Virus genome (UHGV): UHGV-0122784
Source: a virus
Reading direction: 5' to 3' (one strand)
DNA: 37,810 nucleotides
Below are positions 17,631 through 27,745 of this stretch, piece after piece. Numbering within the stretch: the first letter of the stretch is position 1; each line of letters opens with the position of its first letter. The notes under the pieces are model-generated. The model was not told the origin of the DNA. It saw only the letters and a program-made list of their open reading frames with translations, and ran no database searches. Position numbers and translations under genes: made by a program.

Positions 17631-18930
17631 TCTGGCGTATGCCGCACGCCTCCCGCCAAAGGAGGCTGTCGCGTATTTCCGCGCCAAAGGCTACAACATC
17701 ACCTGGAACTGGTACGAACAACTGGCAGATGCGCACGCCCGTGCCTTTACCGTTGCCAAAGCCACCCGGATGGATGTACTGACCACAATCCGTGAGGAAG
17801 TGGAGCGGGCTGTCAGTGAAGGCATCACCCGTGAGGAATTTACCCGCACACTGGCCCCCCGGCTGCAAAAACTCGGATGGTGGGGAAAACAAATCATCGT
17901 GGATGCAGACGGAAACGCGAAGGTAATCGAGCTGGGCAGTCCGCGTCGTCTGGCAACCATTTATAACGTCAATACCCGTACAGCGTACGGGGCGGGACGT
18001 TATGCACAGATGATGAATACCGCAGATTTGTATCCGTACTGGCAGTACGTTGCCGTTATGGATGGCAGAACACGCCCGGAACATGCGCGGCTGCACAATA
18101 TGGTTTTCAGGTATGACGACATTTTCTGGCAGACGCATTACCCGCCCAATGGCTGGAACTGCCGCTGTCGCGTCCGGGCGCTGTCTGCGGCCCGCATGAA
18201 AGAACTGGGGCTACAGGTCAGTTATGGTGCGTCATTCATGAATACCCGCGAAGTGGATGCCGGTACGGATGAAAGCACCGGAGAGATTTTCCGCACATCG
18301 TCAACCACGTTTGACAACGGTCGGGTAAAAATGACGCCGGATGTGGGCTGGTCATATAACCCGGGTTCGGCGGCATTTGGTACGGATCAGGCACTGGTTC
18401 GAAAACTGGTGGAAATTCACGACGCGCAGTTGCGTGAGCAGGTTGTTCAGACGCTGAATAACAGCCGGGAGCGTCAGCTTGCTTTTTCCCTCTGGCTTAA
18501 ACGTCTGGCGAAATCACGCCGGGCCGGACATGAGGTCCGTGCGCTGGGTTTTATGACAGGATCCGTGGCTGAAGCCGTATATCAGCGCACCGGGAATATG
18601 CCAGCCCGTCTGCTTGTGATGAACGGAAAAAGTCTGGCGACCACTGCTGATGCCGCCCTGAAACCGGAAGATTTACAGCGTCTGCCGTCGCTGATGGCAA
18701 AACCACAGGCGGTATTGTGGGACAGGGAGAATCACCAGTTGCTGTATGTTGTGGCAACCCGCGACGGCACTGCAAAAGTTGTGGTCAGAACATCGCAGCC
18801 TGTCAGCAAACAGAATGACCGGGCGGATGTGCTGGTCAGTATCAGCCGCGTATCTGCACAGTCGCTTGAAGCCGCGATTGCTGACGGGATGATTGACATA
18901 CTGGAGGGGCATGTGGAGGTGAATAAGTGA
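17611..18930 (+). CDS. F: Head morphogenesis protein F
   Basis: ~440 aa after the portal; start taken at ATG 17611. Confidence 0.8.
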   Translation: MPQQTIDLAYAARLPPKEAVAYFRAKGYNITWNWYEQLADAHARAFTVAKATRMDVLTTIREEVERAVSEGITREEFTRTLAPRLQKLGWWGKQIIVDADGNAKVIELGSPRRLATIYNVNTRTAYGAGRYAQMMNTADLYPYWQYVAVMDGRTRPEHARLHNMVFRYDDIFWQTHYPPNGWNCRCRVRALSAARMKELGLQVSYGASFMNTREVDAGTDESTGEIFRTSSTTFDNGRVKMTPDVGWSYNPGSAAFGTDQALVRKLVEIHDAQLREQVVQTLNNSRERQLAFSLWLKRLAKSRRAGHEVRALGFMTGSVAEAVYQRTGNMPARLLVMNGKSLATTADAALKPEDLQRLPSLMAKPQAVLWDRENHQLLYVVATRDGTAKVVVRTSQPVSKQNDRADVLVSISRVSAQSLEAAIADGMIDILEGHVEVNK

Positions 18931-18938
18931 GTCTTGAT

Positions 18939-19397
18939 ATGAACGTTGCCGTGGATGTGCGACGTATTCAGCTTGCACTGGATGAACTGGGAACCGTCAC
19001 ACGTGACCGCGCCATTCCCCGTGTGATGGCTGCGGCGCTGCTGTCATCCACGGAACAGGCATTTGAACGGCAGGCAGACCCGGATACAGGGAAAGGCTGG
19101 GAAGCGTGGAGCGATTCGTGGCAGGCATGGCGTCAGGATCATGGTTTTGTTCCGGGCAGTATTCTTACCCTGCATGGCGATCTGGCACGCAGCATTACCA
19201 CCGATTATGGACAGGATTATGCCCTGATTGGTTCGCCAAAAATTTATGCTGCCATTCATCAGTGGGGCGGTACACCCGATATGGCCCCCCGCCCGGCAGG
19301 CGTTCCTGCGCGTCCTTATATGGGGCTGGATAAGACCGGGGAACAGGAAATTTTTGATGCCATCAGAAAACGCGTCAGCGCCGCGCTGAGGCAATAA
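18939..19397 (+). CDS. G: Virion morphogenesis protein G
   Basis: Mu gpG position; may instead start at GTG 18927. Confidence 0.75.
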   Translation: MNVAVDVRRIQLALDELGTVTRDRAIPRVMAAALLSSTEQAFERQADPDTGKGWEAWSDSWQAWRQDHGFVPGSILTLHGDLARSITTDYGQDYALIGSPKIYAAIHQWGGTPDMAPRPAGVPARPYMGLDKTGEQEIFDAIRKRVSAALRQ

Positions 19398-19593
19398 ACG
19401 GGATCAGACATGAAATCAGCCGCACAGATTTTTTAAAACGCGCCACGGGATTTTTAAACCGGTATTTAACGGTGTATGAATCCCGTTTTATCTTCCTTCC
19501 ACTTTCTTTCTCCAGTACTCAAATAGCATAACCCCAGATTTTCCCGCACCTCCCGCAAACTGACTGCTCACAAACCATGATGAGCAGCAGGAC
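19398..19593. promoter_or_regulatory. Central G-I intergenic region: late promoter PI and expected location of the Mu strong gyrase site
   Basis: Only long (~200 bp) noncoding gap in the late region, ~18.1-18.3 kb from the left end; contains inverted repeat AAACGGGAT (19396-19404) / ATCCCGTTT (19480-19488) and a direct repeat of ACGGGAT. Confidence 0.5.
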
Positions 19594-20679
19594 ATGAAAA
19601 AACACGCGATTGGCATTGCCGCACTGAGTGCGCTGTCCATTGACGATGACGGCTGGTGCCAGCTATTGCCTGCCGGTCATTTCAGTGCCCGTGATGGTCG
19701 TCCGTTTGATGTGACAGGCGGTCAGGGGTGGTTCATCGACGGTGAGATTGCCGGGCGTCTGGTTGAAGGCGTTCGCGCGCTCAACCAGGACGTGCTGATT
19801 GATTACGAGCATAACCAGCTACGTAAGGACAAAGGATTACCCCCGGAACAACTCGTCGCGGCTGGCTGGTTTAACGCCGATGAAATGCAGTGGCGTGAAG
19901 GTGAAGGATTATTTATCCACCCACGCTGGACGGCGGCGGCACAGCAGCGCATCGATGACGGCGAATTTGGTTATCTCTCTGCGGTTTTTCCGTATGACAC
20001 CGCCACCGGTGCGGTGCTGCAAATCCGCCTTGCTGCGCTGACCAATGACCCCGGTGCCACCGGCATGAAAAAGCTGACCGCACTGGCGGCAGACCTTCCC
20101 GACATCCTTCAACAGGAGAACAAACCCATGAATGAAACGCTGCGCAAGCTGCTTGCGCGTCTTGGGGTGACGGTCCCCGAAAATGCAGACATCACCGATG
20201 AACAGGCCAGCGCGGCCCTGAGTGCGCTTGATGCGCTCGAAACAGATGCCGGAAAAGTGGCGTCGTTATCCGCCGAACTGGAAAAGGCACAGAAAGCCGC
20301 CGTTGACCTGACGAAATACGTCCCGGTGGAAAGCTACAACGCCCTGCGTGATGAACTGGCACAGGCGACTGCACAAAGCGCCACAGCCAGCCTGAGCGCC
20401 GTTCTGGACAAGGCGGAGCAGGAAGGCCGCATTTTCAAAAGCGAACGCACTTACCTGGAACAGCTTGGTGGTCAGATTGGCGTGGCGGCACTGTCGGCAC
20501 AGCTTGAGAAAAAACAGCCCATCGCTGCGTTATCTGCCATGCAGACCACAACGGTACAAAACCCGTCGCAGGAAAAAACGGCGGTGGCGGTGCTGTCTGC
20601 TGATGAACAGGCAGCAGTGAAGGCGCTCGGCATTACAGAGGCTGAGTATCTGAAAATGAAACAGGAACAAGAAAAATGA
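19594..20679 (+). CDS. I: Head protease/scaffold protein I
   Basis: 361 aa; N-terminal protease-like domain, C-terminal Ala/Glu/Gln-rich coiled-coil scaffold region. Confidence 0.85.
   Translation: MKKHAIGIAALSALSIDDDGWCQLLPAGHFSARDGRPFDVTGGQGWFIDGEIAGRLVEGVRALNQDVLIDYEHNQLRKDKGLPPEQLVAAGWFNADEMQWREGEGLFIHPRWTAAAQQRIDDGEFGYLSAVFPYDTATGAVLQIRLAALTNDPGATGMKKLTALAADLPDILQQENKPMNETLRKLLARLGVTVPENADITDEQASAALSALDALETDAGKVASLSAELEKAQKAAVDLTKYVPVESYNALRDELAQATAQSATASLSAVLDKAEQEGRIFKSERTYLEQLGGQIGVAALSAQLEKKQPIAALSAMQTTTVQNPSQEKTAVAVLSADEQAAVKALGITEAEYLKMKQEQEK
20128..20679 (+). CDS. Z: Scaffold protein Z, in-frame internal start within I
   Basis: Strong internal SD AGGAGA 8 nt before ATG 20128 (MNETLRKLL...), same frame and stop as I. 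Confidence 0.65.
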   Translation: MNETLRKLLARLGVTVPENADITDEQASAALSALDALETDAGKVASLSAELEKAQKAAVDLTKYVPVESYNALRDELAQATAQSATASLSAVLDKAEQEGRIFKSERTYLEQLGGQIGVAALSAQLEKKQPIAALSAMQTTTVQNPSQEKTAVAVLSADEQAAVKALGITEAEYLKMKQEQEK

Positions 20680-21593
20680 TTGTCACCCCGGCATCCATTA
20701 AAGCCCTGATGACCTCCTGGCGTAAGGATTTTCAGGGCGGTCTTGAAGACGCCCCGTCGCAGTACAGCAAAATTGCAATGGTGGTGAACTCTTCCACCCG
20801 CAGTAATACCTATGGCTGGCTGGGTAAATTCCCGACCCTGAAAGAATGGGTGGGTAAGCGAACCATTCAGCAAATGGAAGCGCATGGCTACTCCATCGCC
20901 AATAAAACGTTTGAAGGCACCGTGGGTATTTCCCGTGATGACTTCGAGGATGACAATCTGGGTATTTATGCGCCGATTTTTCAGGAGATGGGCCGTTCTG
21001 CGGCAGTTCAGCCGGATGAGCTGATTTTTAAACTTCTGAAAGATGGCTTTACCCAGCCCTGCTATGACGGTCAGAACTTCTTCGACAAGGAGCATCCGGT
21101 ATATCCGAATGTGGACGGCACGGGCGACGCAACGAATACCTCCAACATCGTTGAACAGGACAGCTTCAGCGGTCTGCCATTCTATCTGCTGGACTGCTCC
21201 CGCGCAGTCAAACCGCTGATTTTCCAGGAGCGCCGCAAACCCGAACTGGTCGCACGTACCCGTATCGATGACGACCACGTTTTTATGGATAACGAGTTCC
21301 TGTTTGGTGCCAGCGCCCGCCGTGCTGCCGGTTACGGCTTCTGGCAGATGGCTGTCGCGGTAAAAGGCGATCTGACGCTGGATAACCTCTGGAAGGGCTG
21401 GCAACTGATGCGTGCGTTTGAAGGTGATGGCGGTAAGAAACTGGGCCTGAAGCCGACGCATATCGTTGTACCGGTCGGGCTGGAAAAAGCCGCAGAGCAA
21501 CTGCTTAACCGTGAACTGTTCGCGGATGGCAATACCACCGTCTCCAACGAGATGAAGGGCAAGCTGCAACTGGTTGTCGCTGACTACCTGTAA
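20676..21593 (+). CDS. T: Major capsid protein T
   Basis: 305 aa; ATGA overlap with the I stop. Confidence 0.9.
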   Translation: MIVTPASIKALMTSWRKDFQGGLEDAPSQYSKIAMVVNSSTRSNTYGWLGKFPTLKEWVGKRTIQQMEAHGYSIANKTFEGTVGISRDDFEDDNLGIYAPIFQEMGRSAAVQPDELIFKLLKDGFTQPCYDGQNFFDKEHPVYPNVDGTGDATNTSNIVEQDSFSGLPFYLLDCSRAVKPLIFQERRKPELVARTRIDDDHVFMDNEFLFGASARRAAGYGFWQMAVAVKGDLTLDNLWKGWQLMRAFEGDGGKKLGLKPTHIVVPVGLEKAAEQLLNRELFADGNTTVSNEMKGKLQLVVADYL

Positions 21594-21601
21594 CCGTCAT
21601 T

Positions 21602-21625
21602 AAAAGGCGGTTCAGACCGCCTTTT
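21602..21625 (+). terminator. Rho-independent terminator/attenuator after the major capsid gene
   Basis: AAAAGGCGGT-tcag-ACCGCCTTTT perfect hairpin, T/A-flanked on both sides. Confidence 0.7.
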
Positions 21626-21659
21626 AACCTGATTTAAAGGAAAAGGAGGAGCATGTGTT

Positions 21660-22070
21660 ATGTCAGGCACTTCGCTTAATTCACAACGGCTGGACACTTC
21701 TCGCATCACTTGCACGGCGATTATTAAATGCCTTCGTCCGGTCTACCGCCGCGCCGGAATCGCCTTTACGCGTGGCGAAAACACCGTGGAAGTCACCGAA
21801 GAACAACTGGCGATCATTCGTGCCGACAGCGTGCTGTCTGTGGTATCTGCATCGTCAGCAGAAACGCTCGCTGAGGCTGGGGGGCTGGACGTTCTGGGTG
21901 TGGGCGATCTGAATACCCGTATCCGTGCGACCGTTGCCGGTCTGGATAAGGCAAACCCGGAGCACTTTACCGCAGGGGGAGAACCCAAAGTGAAAGCCGT
22001 CAGTGCGGCGCTGGGGGAACCGGTGAGCAGTGCGCAAATCAAAGCGGCGCTGGCTGAGGCGGATGCATGA
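21660..22070 (+). CDS. Head-associated hypothetical protein (Mu gp35 position)
   Basis: AGGAGGA SD before ATG 21660. Confidence 0.7.
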   Translation: MSGTSLNSQRLDTSRITCTAIIKCLRPVYRRAGIAFTRGENTVEVTEEQLAIIRADSVLSVVSASSAETLAEAGGLDVLGVGDLNTRIRATVAGLDKANPEHFTAGGEPKVKAVSAALGEPVSSAQIKAALAEADA

Positions 22071-22492
22071 ATTACGCGACGGTAAATGACCTGTGCGCCC
22101 GCTATACACGTACGCGGCTGGATATTCTCACCCGCCCTAAAACAGCGGACGGGCAGCCGGATGATGCCGTGGCAGAACAGGCACTGGCAGATGCTTCGGC
22201 CTTTATTGATGGCTATCTCGCCGCGCGCTTTGTCCTGCCGCTTACCGTCGTCCCCTCACTGCTGAAACGGCAGTGTTGCGTGGTGGCCTGGTTTTATCTG
22301 AATGAATCACAACCCACCGAGCAGATCACCGCTGCCTACAGGGACACAGTGCGCTGGCTGGAACAGGTGCGCGATGGCAAAACAGATCCCGGCGTGGAAA
22401 GCAGGACGGCAGCCTCGCCGGATGGTGAAAACCTTGTGCAGGTGCAGTCTGACGCGCCGGTCTTCTCACGAAAACAGAAGGGGTTTATCTGA
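22067..22492 (+). CDS. J: Head completion / neck protein J
   Basis: 141 aa, synteny with Mu J; ATGA overlap. Confidence 0.7.
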   Translation: MNYATVNDLCARYTRTRLDILTRPKTADGQPDDAVAEQALADASAFIDGYLAARFVLPLTVVPSLLKRQCCVVAWFYLNESQPTEQITAAYRDTVRWLEQVRDGKTDPGVESRTAASPDGENLVQVQSDAPVFSRKQKGFI

Positions 22493-23040
22493 TGCTGGAA
22501 GAAACCGAAGCCGCACTGCTGGCGCGCGTTCGTGAGTTGTTTGGGGCAACCCTGCGGCAGGTGGAACCCCTTACCGGCACATGGACTAACGAGGATGTGC
22601 ACCGTCTCTTTCTGGCCCCGCCATCGGTATTTCTGGCATGGATGGGCTGTGGTGAGGGGCGTACGCGTCGGGAAGTTGAAAGTCGCTGGGCATTTTTTGT
22701 CGTGGCGGAGTTGCTGAACGGGGAACCGGTAAACCGGCCCGGTATTTATCAGATTGTGGAGCGACTGATTGCCGGTGTTAACGGTCAGACGTTTGGCCCG
22801 ACCACAGGGATGAGACTGACGCAGGTCAGAAATCTTTGTGACGACAACCGTATCAATGCCGGTGTGGTGCTTTACGGCGTTCTGTTCAGTGGCACTACCC
22901 CGCTGCCGTCCGTGGTGGACATGGATTCGCTGGATGATTACGAGCGTCACTGGCAGACCTGGAAATTCCCGGACGAAACCCCGGAATTTGCCGCACATAT
23001 CAATGTGAATCAGGAAAAGGATCATGATGCTGAAAATTAA
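22492..23040 (+). CDS. K: Neck/tail-joining protein K
   Basis: 182 aa, synteny with Mu K. Confidence 0.7.
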   Translation: MLEETEAALLARVRELFGATLRQVEPLTGTWTNEDVHRLFLAPPSVFLAWMGCGEGRTRREVESRWAFFVVAELLNGEPVNRPGIYQIVERLIAGVNGQTFGPTTGMRLTQVRNLCDDNRINAGVVLYGVLFSGTTPLPSVVDMDSLDDYERHWQTWKFPDETPEFAAHINVNQEKDHDAEN

Positions 23041-23230
23041 ACCCGCAGCGGGAAAAGCCATCCGTGACCCGCTCACGATGAAATTACTGGCGTCTGAGGG
23101 GGAAGAAAAGCCCCGTAACAGTTTCTGGATACGTCGCCTTGCAGCCGGTGATGTGGTTGAAGTCGGGAGCACCGAAAACACGGCGGATGATACCGACACT
23201 GCGCCGAAAAAACGGAGTAAATCGAAATGA
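23024..23230 (+). CDS. Small hypothetical protein before the sheath gene (Mu gp38 position)
   Basis: 68 aa with a basic C-terminus. Confidence 0.6.
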   Translation: MMLKIKPAAGKAIRDPLTMKLLASEGEEKPRNSFWIRRLAAGDVVEVGSTENTADDTDTAPKKRSKSK

Positions 23231-24714
23231 GCGATATTTCATTTAACGCGATCCCGTCAGATGTTCGCGTTCCTCTGACGTATATCGAATTTGATAACAG
23301 TAATGCCGTCAGCGGAACACCGGCACCCCGTCAGCGCGTGCTGATGTTCGGGCAAAGCGGAAGTAAAGCCAGTGCGGCACCAAACGTGCCTGTCCGTATC
23401 CGTTCCGGCTCACAGGCCAGTGCGGCGTTTGGTCAGGGTTCCATGCTGGCACTGATGGCAGATGCATTCCTGAACGCTAACCGCGTGGCGGAGCTGTGGT
23501 GTATTCCGCAGGGGAACGGCACTGGTAATGCTGCTGTCGGTGAAATTTCACTGTCAGGAACGGCAGGCGAAAACGGCTCGCTTGTGACTTACATTGCCGG
23601 TCAGCGACTGGCGGTATCTGTCGCAGCAGGTGCAACGGGAGCGGCGCTGGCTGACCTGCTGGTTGCCCGAATCAAAGGCCAGCCTGATTTACCGGTGACG
23701 GCAGAAGTTCGCGCAGACAGCGGGGATGATGACACCCATGCAGATGTGGTTCTGAGTGCAAAATTTACGGGTGCATTATCTGCCGTGGATGTGCGCTGGA
23801 ACTATTACGCGGGTGAAACCACCCCTTACGGGATTATCACGGCATTCAAAGCCGCCTCCGGGAAAAATGGCAACCCGGATATCAGCGCAGGTATCGCGGG
23901 AATGGGCGATCTGCAATACAAATATATTGTGATGCCCTATACCGATGAACCAAACCTGAATCTGTTACGCACTGAATTGCAGGAACGCTGGGGACCGGTC
24001 AATCAGGCTGATGGCTTTGCCGTGACAGTGCTGTCCGGCACGTATGGGGATATTTCCACGTTTGGTGTCAGTCGTAATGATCATCTGATCTCCTGTATGG
24101 GGATTGCCGGTGCACCGGAACCGTCATATCTGTACGCCGCCACACTGTGTGCCGTTGCCAGCCAGGCGCTTTCCATCGACCCGGCGCGTCCTCTCCAGAC
24201 GCTGACGTTGCCCGGAAGAATGCCGCCTGCGGTGGGGGATCGTTTCACCTGGTCAGAACGTAATGCGCTGCTGTTTGACGGCATCTCCACGTTTAACGTG
24301 AATGATGGTGGTGAAATGCAGATTGAACGCATGATCACGATGTACCGCACAAACAAGTACGGTGACAGTGATCCGTCTTATCTGAACGTGAATACCATCG
24401 CCACGCTGAGTTATCTGCGTTATTCACTGCGAACCCGCATCACGCAGAAATTCCCGAACTACAAGCTGGCAAGTGATGGCACCCGCTTTGCCACCGGTCA
24501 GGCCGTGGTGACGCCATCCGTGATCAAAACGGAGCTGCTGGCACTGTTTGAAGAATGGGAAAACGCCGGACTGGTCGAGGATTTCGACACGTTCAAAGAG
24601 GAGCTGTATGTGGCACGTAACAAGGACGACAAAGACCGCCTTGATGTGCTGTGCGGCCCGAATCTGATTAACCAGTTCCGCATTTTCGCGGCACAAGTTC
24701 AGTTCATTCTGTAA
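23227..24714 (+). CDS. L: Contractile tail sheath protein L
   Basis: 495 aa; position and size of Mu L. Confidence 0.9.
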   Translation: MSDISFNAIPSDVRVPLTYIEFDNSNAVSGTPAPRQRVLMFGQSGSKASAAPNVPVRIRSGSQASAAFGQGSMLALMADAFLNANRVAELWCIPQGNGTGNAAVGEISLSGTAGENGSLVTYIAGQRLAVSVAAGATGAALADLLVARIKGQPDLPVTAEVRADSGDDDTHADVVLSAKFTGALSAVDVRWNYYAGETTPYGIITAFKAASGKNGNPDISAGIAGMGDLQYKYIVMPYTDEPNLNLLRTELQERWGPVNQADGFAVTVLSGTYGDISTFGVSRNDHLISCMGIAGAPEPSYLYAATLCAVASQALSIDPARPLQTLTLPGRMPPAVGDRFTWSERNALLFDGISTFNVNDGGEMQIERMITMYRTNKYGDSDPSYLNVNTIATLSYLRYSLRTRITQKFPNYKLASDGTRFATGQAVVTPSVIKTELLALFEEWENAGLVEDFDTFKEELYVARNKDDKDRLDVLCGPNLINQFRIFAAQVQFIL

Positions 24715-24723
24715 GGAGCATTT

Positions 24724-25080
24724 ATGGCTGGAAATCAGCGTCAGGGGGTGGCGTTCATCCGTGTCAATGGCATGGAGCTTGAAACGATGGAAGGCGCCTC
24801 CTTCACGCCTTCCGGCATCACCCGTGAAGAAGTGACCGGCTCGCGGGTTTATGGCTGGAAAGGTAAACCTCGTGCCGCAAAGCTGGAATGCAAAATTCCG
24901 GGCGGTGGTGATATCGGTCTGGATGAAATCATCGGTTGGGAAAACATCACGGCAGAGTTTCAGGCAGACACCGGTGAAACCTGGATGATGGCGAATGCCT
25001 GGCAGGCAGATGAACCGAAAAACGACGGCGGCGAAATTTCGCTGGTACTGATGGCAAAACAAAGCAAACGCATTGCATAA
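24724..25080 (+). CDS. M: Tail tube protein M
   Basis: 118 aa, immediately after the sheath gene. Confidence 0.85.
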   Translation: MAGNQRQGVAFIRVNGMELETMEGASFTPSGITREEVTGSRVYGWKGKPRAAKLECKIPGGGDIGLDEIIGWENITAEFQADTGETWMMANAWQADEPKNDGGEISLVLMAKQSKRIA

Positions 25081-25089
25081 GGGGAAACA

Positions 25090-25524
25090 ATGGACGAAAT
25101 GAATTTAAGTCCTGAAGCACAGGAACTGCGTGACAGTATTGTAGCTGAGCTTCAGTCCGGTGGTCTGAAACTGAAAGACGGCCTGCCGTTCGGCACCGGT
25201 GACGAGACTGAAATGCAGTATGACGTGACACTGCGTGAACTGACCGCAGGCGATCTGATTGATGCCCAGGCGGCTGCTGAAAAGCTGGTAATGAGCAAGG
25301 AAGGCCCGGTGCTGGTCAGTTCCCCGTCCCGGATGGGACTGGAAATGCTGCGTCGACAGATTGCCAGCGTGGGTTGCATCAAAGGCCCGTTATCGCTGGC
25401 GCTGATGCGCAAGCTGTCTGTTGATGACTTCCAGCGTCTGTCGCTGGCTACAGAGATGCACGACATGGCTGTGGCGGCATCGCTGACGCAAGAACGGGGG
25501 CGAGTGGCTGCGGTGCCGGAATGA
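25090..25524 (+). CDS. Tail assembly chaperone (Mu gp41 position)
   Basis: 144-aa acidic protein between the tube and tape-measure genes. Confidence 0.7.
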   Translation: MDEMNLSPEAQELRDSIVAELQSGGLKLKDGLPFGTGDETEMQYDVTLRELTAGDLIDAQAAAEKLVMSKEGPVLVSSPSRMGLEMLRRQIASVGCIKGPLSLALMRKLSVDDFQRLSLATEMHDMAVAASLTQERGRVAAVPE

Positions 25525-25668
25525 TATTGAGAAAGCGGCGACAGCGATTGGCGTTATTCTGAAAAGTGGCCCGGAATGGGCCTTATCCCTCCCGCTGTCC
25601 CGCTTTTTCCGGCACTGCCAGCAGGCTAAAACCCTCTCTCAATATCACCGTTAAATCAGGAAATCTCT

Positions 25669-27741
25669 ATGACCGGGAAACGCTTAAAGGCGTCTGTCAT
25701 TATTGATCTTAATGGCAATCTTTCCCGGCGTTCCCGCCAGTATTCGAACCAGATAAACGCCCTGTCCCGTAGCGGGCAAAGTTCCCTTCGTGCCCTGCGT
25801 ATGGAGGTTGTGCGCGTTTCTGGTGCCATTGACAGAATGGGTTCACTGTCAACCCGTACATTCCGAATGCTGTCAGCCGGGGCGCTGGGTATCGCTGGCG
25901 TGGGTTACACCGCCAATAAACTGTTTATTGGTGCAGCCGCCCAGCGTGAGCAGCAGATCATCGCCATGAACTCGCTGTATCACGGCGATAAGGTCAGAGC
26001 GCAGGCCATGATGGCCTGGGCGAAGCAGAACGCGAAGGACACCACGTGGGGGCTGAGTGGTGTTCTGGATGAGATCCGTTCGTCGAAAGGCTTCGGCATG
26101 ACGGATGAACAGACGAAACAGTTCATCACCATGTTGCAGGATCAGGGGGCCATGCACGGCTGGGATTTACCCACTGCACAGGGTGCCTCACTGCAACTGA
26201 AACAGATGTTTGCCCGCCAGCAAATCACAGCGGCGGATGCCAACCTGCTGACCGGTTACGGTATCAACGTTTATCAGGCGCTGGCTGATGCAACGGGAAC
26301 GGACGTTAAAAAAATCCGTGATCTGGGTACAAAGGGCAAGCTGGGCATGAAATCCATTCTGACGGTATTCAGAACGCTGTCAGAACAGTCAAAAGGTGCA
26401 CAGGCCAGTGCGATGAACTCCTGGGACGGGATGTTCGCCCAGATGGAAGCCAACCTGCTTGAATTTCGCATAAAGGTGGCAAACAGCGGCCCCTTTGAAG
26501 AAATCAAGAACGAGATGCGCCGGGTGCTTAACTGGCACGACATGGCGGATAAATCCGGGGAACTTGACGCACTGGCAGAAAACATTGGTCAGAAATTTCT
26601 GACCACGTTCAGAACGGTAAAAATCGCGGCGCAGGAATTATGGCGCTGGCTGAAACCGGGTAAAGATGCGCTGGCATGGGTTGACCAGAATATTGTCAGC
26701 CTGAAAAAACTGGCTGCTGTTCTGGTGTCTGTCTGGCTTGCCAATAAAGCCCTGAGAGCAGGCTGGGCTGTGGCAAAACCCTCATGGCAGGTTGCCAGTT
26801 ATCCGTTTAAAACCGGGCGTCGTATGTGGCGCTGGATGCGAAACCGCAAACGTGGGCAGGCAGGTCTGCCGGTCCCGGATGCCATGACGTCTGAGACGCT
26901 GTTGCAGGGTATCGGCATTCAGCGTGTGTTTGTCATCAACTGGCCCCGTGGATTTGGTGGCTACGGGAGTGGCGGCGGTCGTCACGTACGGAGCGGCGGA
27001 AGAATGGCCCCGCTGTTACCCCGCCAGCCGTTATTGCTGTCCGGGCCACAGCCGCTGGCATTACCTGCACCACGCCCTGTACTGGCATTACCCCCACCCG
27101 GCGTACCGGTAACAGCACGGCCTGCACCATTACCTTTATCCGGTAAATCCGGTCTTCTGAGCAGGCTTGCAGGCAGTGCTGCCGGGCAACTGGTTACAGG
27201 AACGGTCGGAAAGCTGGCTGATGCCGGGCGTGCCGTTGGCGGGTGGTTTTCCGGTATCGGAAACAAACTTGCAGGCAGTGCGATCGGTCGGGTTGTGACA
27301 AAAGGTGCCGGGGCGCTGGGCTGGATGGGGAAAGGTGCCGGTCGTGCGTTGTCACGTCTGGGTGGCCCGGTAATGGGGGCACTCCAGCTTGCCCCCGTCC
27401 TGATGGATGAGCAGGCGTCAACCCATGAAAAAGCAGGCGCAATTGGCAGTACAGCCGGTGCATGGCTCGGCGGTGCCGTTGGCAGCCTTGCCGGACCGCT
27501 GGGTACGGTTGCCGGTGCCACGCTGGGCAGTGTCGCCGGGGAGTATCTGGGCGGTTTTGTAACCGACCTGTATCAGAAATGGACGGCCACGGATAAGGAA
27601 CCGCAGGAACAAAAAGTCAATGCGGAAGCCTCGCTGCGCGTCGAACTTGGCGAGGGGTTACGTCTGACCAGTTCCCGCGTCACCGAGGATGGTATGGGGC
27701 TGAATATTTACGCGGGCGATAACTACATTACGGGCTGGTAA
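25669..27741 (+). CDS. Y: Tail tape measure protein Y
   Basis: 690 aa, helical N-terminal part and Gly/Ala/Pro-rich low-complexity C-terminal part. Confidence 0.9.
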   Translation: MTGKRLKASVIIDLNGNLSRRSRQYSNQINALSRSGQSSLRALRMEVVRVSGAIDRMGSLSTRTFRMLSAGALGIAGVGYTANKLFIGAAAQREQQIIAMNSLYHGDKVRAQAMMAWAKQNAKDTTWGLSGVLDEIRSSKGFGMTDEQTKQFITMLQDQGAMHGWDLPTAQGASLQLKQMFARQQITAADANLLTGYGINVYQALADATGTDVKKIRDLGTKGKLGMKSILTVFRTLSEQSKGAQASAMNSWDGMFAQMEANLLEFRIKVANSGPFEEIKNEMRRVLNWHDMADKSGELDALAENIGQKFLTTFRTVKIAAQELWRWLKPGKDALAWVDQNIVSLKKLAAVLVSVWLANKALRAGWAVAKPSWQVASYPFKTGRRMWRWMRNRKRGQAGLPVPDAMTSETLLQGIGIQRVFVINWPRGFGGYGSGGGRHVRSGGRMAPLLPRQPLLLSGPQPLALPAPRPVLALPPPGVPVTARPAPLPLSGKSGLLSRLAGSAAGQLVTGTVGKLADAGRAVGGWFSGIGNKLAGSAIGRVVTKGAGALGWMGKGAGRALSRLGGPVMGALQLAPVLMDEQASTHEKAGAIGSTAGAWLGGAVGSLAGPLGTVAGATLGSVAGEYLGGFVTDLYQKWTATDKEPQEQKVNAEASLRVELGEGLRLTSSRVTEDGMGLNIYAGDNYITGW

Positions 27742-27745
27742 AACC

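Noticed and set aside
20472-21569. 365-aa minus-strand ORF antisense to I (3' end) and T
   Set aside because: Opposite the major capsid gene; no start context; composition typical of an antisense frame.
22336-23199. 287-aa minus-strand ORF antisense to J and K
   Set aside because: Same reasoning; the plus-strand genes are syntenic with Mu and translationally coupled.
26982-27521. 179-aa Pro/Ala-rich minus-strand ORF inside the tape-measure gene
   Set aside because: Arises from the low-complexity Gly/Ala/Pro-rich part of Y; an antisense artefact.
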